A stretch of 38,795 nt of DNA from Octopus bimaculoides (taxonomy: Eukaryota), in assembly GCF_001194135.2 (NCBI RefSeq), contig NC_068983.1, forward strand, positions 112,400,575 to 112,439,369, given 5' to 3'. This document shows, piece after piece, positions 35,380 to 38,795 of this stretch. The notes beneath the pieces were generated by a model. It saw nothing but the letters and a program-made list of their open reading frames with translations. It did no database searches and was not told the DNA's origin. Each line of letters begins with the position of its first letter. Position 1 is the first letter of the stretch. Made by a program: the position numbers and the translations under genes.

Positions 35380-36135
35380 TTCAACTAGGTCAGTCTTGCA
35401 ACTTATCTCTTCCACTAATATCACCCTTTCTACTAAATTATTCCTTCTCATGATTACCATTGCAAATTCCTCTAACCTACCACATCCCTCACGGCCTCCC
35501 CATCCTCACAAGTTGTATTCTTTCCCTATTCTCGCATTTCTCTCTTCAACCAATAACACTTACAACTATCCCACTCAATTAGCCACTAACCTATCAATCC
35601 CTCCCTCCCTCTCTATTCACCTCTTTCTAATCAATTTCATACACCTTTCCACACCTCAGTACTCATCCTCCAACCCACGTTCGTTATAGTATTAACCACT
35701 GCTACCTTGACCACTGACTCACCCGCCACTCTGTCCACATCCCTCTATCTTCTCTCATACCTTTCCACATACCTTATTAATCTCCCTCCACCACCAAATT
35801 AGACAATTTCCCTCCCTCAAATTGCTATCCCTTTTCTCACTGTCTCAAATTCCCATAATTCTATAGCTATTATTCCTAAACTTTGACACCTATACATGGA
35901 CCCAACAACAATTGACCACCCTTCGAATACCACTTATCCCACCCTCTCACTCAACTCCCAACTTTCCACCTCTACTACCATCTTCCTTAATACCCTCATT
36001 CTTAACCCCCTCCCTCTTCCTGAACTAACGTCTTATCTCCTCTCATCATTCCCTATCTTAACACTCCCCATAATTCCACTAACCCTCCTACTTCCTCCCT
36101 CTAATACTGCTTACTCCCCACATTTAATCATTTGA
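35380..36135. other. About 750-bp C/T-rich, G-poor strand-asymmetric segment
   Basis: The + strand is dominated by C, T and A with very few G, unlike its flanks. Confidence 0.8.
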
Positions 36136-36271
36136 ACTTCTCTGCATTATGATCTGAAATGTAAGATTGTTTTTCTACCCTGATGAGAGAGGCTCAATTT
36201 ATCCAATGCTGATTGCTTCCATTATAGCTTGCATGTTATGATGAACTACATCTACCAACATTGTGCCAGAT

Positions 36272-36530
36272 CACCAAGCCCATCCTGATTCCTATATCTG
36301 TTGTTAGGCTTATGTGATCAGGTGTGTTGTACAGAATTGGAACAAGCAGTTGAATTATTATGTCACATGTGTCTATGAGTTTTCATTGGTAGTTCATGGA
36401 TATGACCAATTCTTTCTGGTCTGTATTCTTTATCCGAGTGAGTTCTCAAATGGTAACATTGTGGTGGTATATGATGTGCATCGCAGTTGTAGGAATTACC
36501 AGTGCTGCTTATGCCTGCTTCTTGTGTATA
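36272..36530 (-). repeat. Diverged direct copy of the Penelope linker segment at 37365-37590
   Basis: catcctgattcct.tatctgttgttaggcttat...gtggtggtat..atgtgcatcgc present in both. Confidence 0.88.
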
Positions 36531-36559
36531 TCCATGCCTTAAAGCAAATTAAATTAAGC

Positions 36560-38375
36560 TAACGGTTACTCAAAATTCATTGTCACTGCATTGTGCGAAA
36601 GTACATTTATATGCGTATAGGCATCTTGAGAGTCATTCAGAAATTCTATTAATTATCTTCTCGTTAATCCACAGAATAGACAGGGATTCCTAGGAGTAGA
36701 GATGGCATCTCCTGGAAATTCTATTGTATGGTTTTGCATACCTTACTATGGACCACTTAATGCTGCACTTCGTTTTATCCTCCTTTAGTTGCCATACAAA
36801 ATCTGCCAAAGATGTTGAATGTCTCTTATTAATTGTCTTAAAGTTGGCAACATGGTTACGATAACAATTCTTAAATGAATCCGCTGTCTGCCCAATCTAA
36901 ACATAAGGCCCTCCCCTTGTGTGCACAGTATATTTATATACAAGATTTGTACTCATACAGAGATTCATCAAGAGCATTTATCATATTTATTTGTATATAA
37001 GGCAGTCCTGACTCCATTAACCAGTGTTGTTACTATGTTAGCTGTACCTTGAGAATTTCTTCTACTACAAATTGGTTATAACTGGTGTTTATCAATGCAG
37101 TTTACATCTGTTTGGTTGGTATTTAGACGCAAATGTTTGCTGGATCCAGTAGGTAGGTTATTGAACCTTTGCCACATTTTGCTATTGTTTATGCGATGCA
37201 TAAGCTGCTCTAAATTAGCAGAGTTGGCATAGGATACCTTCACGGTGTGTCGATTAAAAATAGCAGGATACCGATTGGATCTAGGAAAACACTTGTCCAA
37301 AGCAGCAAAAAATTTCCAGCGATCTTGGTTGAAACATGCAAACCAAAACTTAGGTTGAACCAGAGGACATCCTGATTCCTTTATCTGTTGTTAGGCTTAT
37401 TTGAGCGAGCATGTTGTACAAGATTGGAACAAGCAGTTGAATTATTATGTCGCATGTGTCTGAGGTTTCGTTAGTAGATCATTGACATGACCAATTCTTC
37501 TGGCCTGTATTCTTTATCAAAGCAAGTTCTTAAATGGTAACATTGTGGTGGTATACAATGTGCATCGCTTATGCCTGTTCCTTGTATATATTGAATTTTT
37601 TTCATGGTACCCAGCCCTAGCTAGAGCATCATTATAATAAGATGCATGAGATTTGAAAATTTTACTGGTGGCAGATAATCTAGAGATTCTAGTAGAAATA
37701 CTCTTAACTACTCCCTGTATAATTGAGGGTGAATGATTGGATGCTACATTAATGGGCTTGATATGATCATTCGGTTTATGAAATGGTTCAAATAATCCAG
37801 TATCAAGACAGAATGTAGCGTCAAGAAAGTTCATTCTACGAAAATCTTTATAGTAGTGTTTAGTCCTAAAGAAATTTTTCTTATGCCTTTTTAACTGTAC
37901 TTTACTACTTTTGTCTAGAAAAAATAAGGCATCATCCCTATATAGACCTCCTATTACTCCCAGAAAGGAAGACTGGATTAATGAAAGGATATATATTCTG
38001 ACTAGGTCACTGGCCTGAGCAGAATCATGTGAGCCCATTGCTATATCAAATGCATTTTCCCGATCTAATCTACCATCAAAATCTACTAGAGTGGCTCATG
38101 TGGCAAGTATATTTATTTCACGTCAGAAAAAATCGGAATTGTCACACTAAAAATCAGGGCTTGATTAAAACGATCGGGTTGACAGTGGTATAGTAGCTCT
38201 CTATATCTGGTTGCAAGAATTTACTAGTCTTACTAATTTCTAGAATTGTGAACCGTCGAACCATCTCTTGTGTATCAGACCAGAAGGCTAATCTGTCTTT
38301 CATTTGTTATATGCCTAAAGATCATTCTGAAAGTGATCGTGCTTTACCAGTTAGCTACCAAATGTAAACTATTCC
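36560..38375 (-). mobile_element. Penelope-like element: RT + GIY-YIG endonuclease, decayed
   Basis: KFLQPDIESYY, FDIAMGSHDSAQ, GLYRDDAL, SNHSPSII, FNRHTVKVSY, IGQTADSFKNCYRNH...HSTSLADFVWQLKE. Confidence 0.92.
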
Positions 38376-38381
38376 TTTTAT

Positions 38382-38410
<29 letters not shown>

Positions 38411-38412
<2 letters not shown>

Positions 38413-38763
38413 TAGATGTACCCATCATGACCTGTTGGGTCACAACCACTCCAAGGTGAAAATATCGATGCATGGCGAGAAAATAAAAAAATACTATTTT
38501 AGACTTCATGCAATAAAATTCTTAAATAACACAGTTCTCCTGCATTTGGTGTAACAACATAAACATAACCAAGTGTTTCTTCTTTGAAAATGTTCAAATG
38601 GCCTTCAGCTTTTTCCTTTCTTTCTTCTTTGCCATTCTTTGTTACTACCATTCCGAGTGAAATACATGGGTATTTCAGTATAAGGTACTGTTTTTGTAAA
38701 GTTGTCATTGATGCACAATGAAAAGAATTTTTGTCAATGTTGTTCTCATGTCGTTCATTGACA

Positions 38764-38768
<5 letters not shown>
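38411..38768 (-). mobile_element. Helitron remnant: RepHel fragment joined to an intact 3' terminus (hairpin + CTAG|T), flanked by (TA)n on both sides
   Basis: Peptide LGYVYVVTPNAGELCYLRILLHEV matches Helitron LGRVYTVHP..xECFYLRxLLHxV. Hairpin tgacc-5nt-ggtca at 38428-38442, CTAG at 38412-38415. Confidence 0.82.

Positions 38769-38795
<27 letters not shown>

Noticed and set aside
35396-36135. Pro/Ser/Thr/Leu-rich ORFs
   Set aside because: Product of the G-poor composition, which suppresses TAG/TGA stops.
36176-36210. Functional hammerhead ribozyme at CTGATGAGAGAGGCTCAAT
   Set aside because: GAAA is replaced by AATT and no stem I partner is found; at most a dead relic.

Overview
AT-rich, microsatellite-dense eukaryotic genomic DNA. 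The repeat families point to Octopus or another coleoid cephalopod; this is inferred from recognition, not a search. The only host gene I can support is a receptor-type guanylyl cyclase on the minus strand. It is seen as two small phase-0 exons of its kinase-homology domain: 23451-23368 (GDMIYVKDLKIKHSDMKSRPKLMSHLKL) and 9206-9102 (LRELRHENLNPFIGFLNDPARPSFITEYCTRGSLE), joined across a 14,161-bp intron. Neither exon is in the supplied ORF track. Everything else appears intronic and is largely decayed, nested mobile DNA: an RT-less Mag-type Ty3/Gypsy element, three mariners, an internally deleted RTE LINE, a second RTE fragment, three RLE-type non-LTR fragments, a Penelope-like element, a Helitron remnant with an intact 3' end, TTAA MITEs and many tRNA-derived SINEs. 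No element is intact or autonomous. The most interesting signals are combinatorial head/tail swapping among the SINEs, inverted repeat pairs bracketing a skippable KHD exon, a mariner-borne cryptic acceptor that would truncate the cyclase, and several non-autonomous deletion derivatives. I see no clear evidence for a wholly new biological system. Most long ORFs in the track are microsatellite artefacts or transposon remnants. Many repeat boundaries are approximate.
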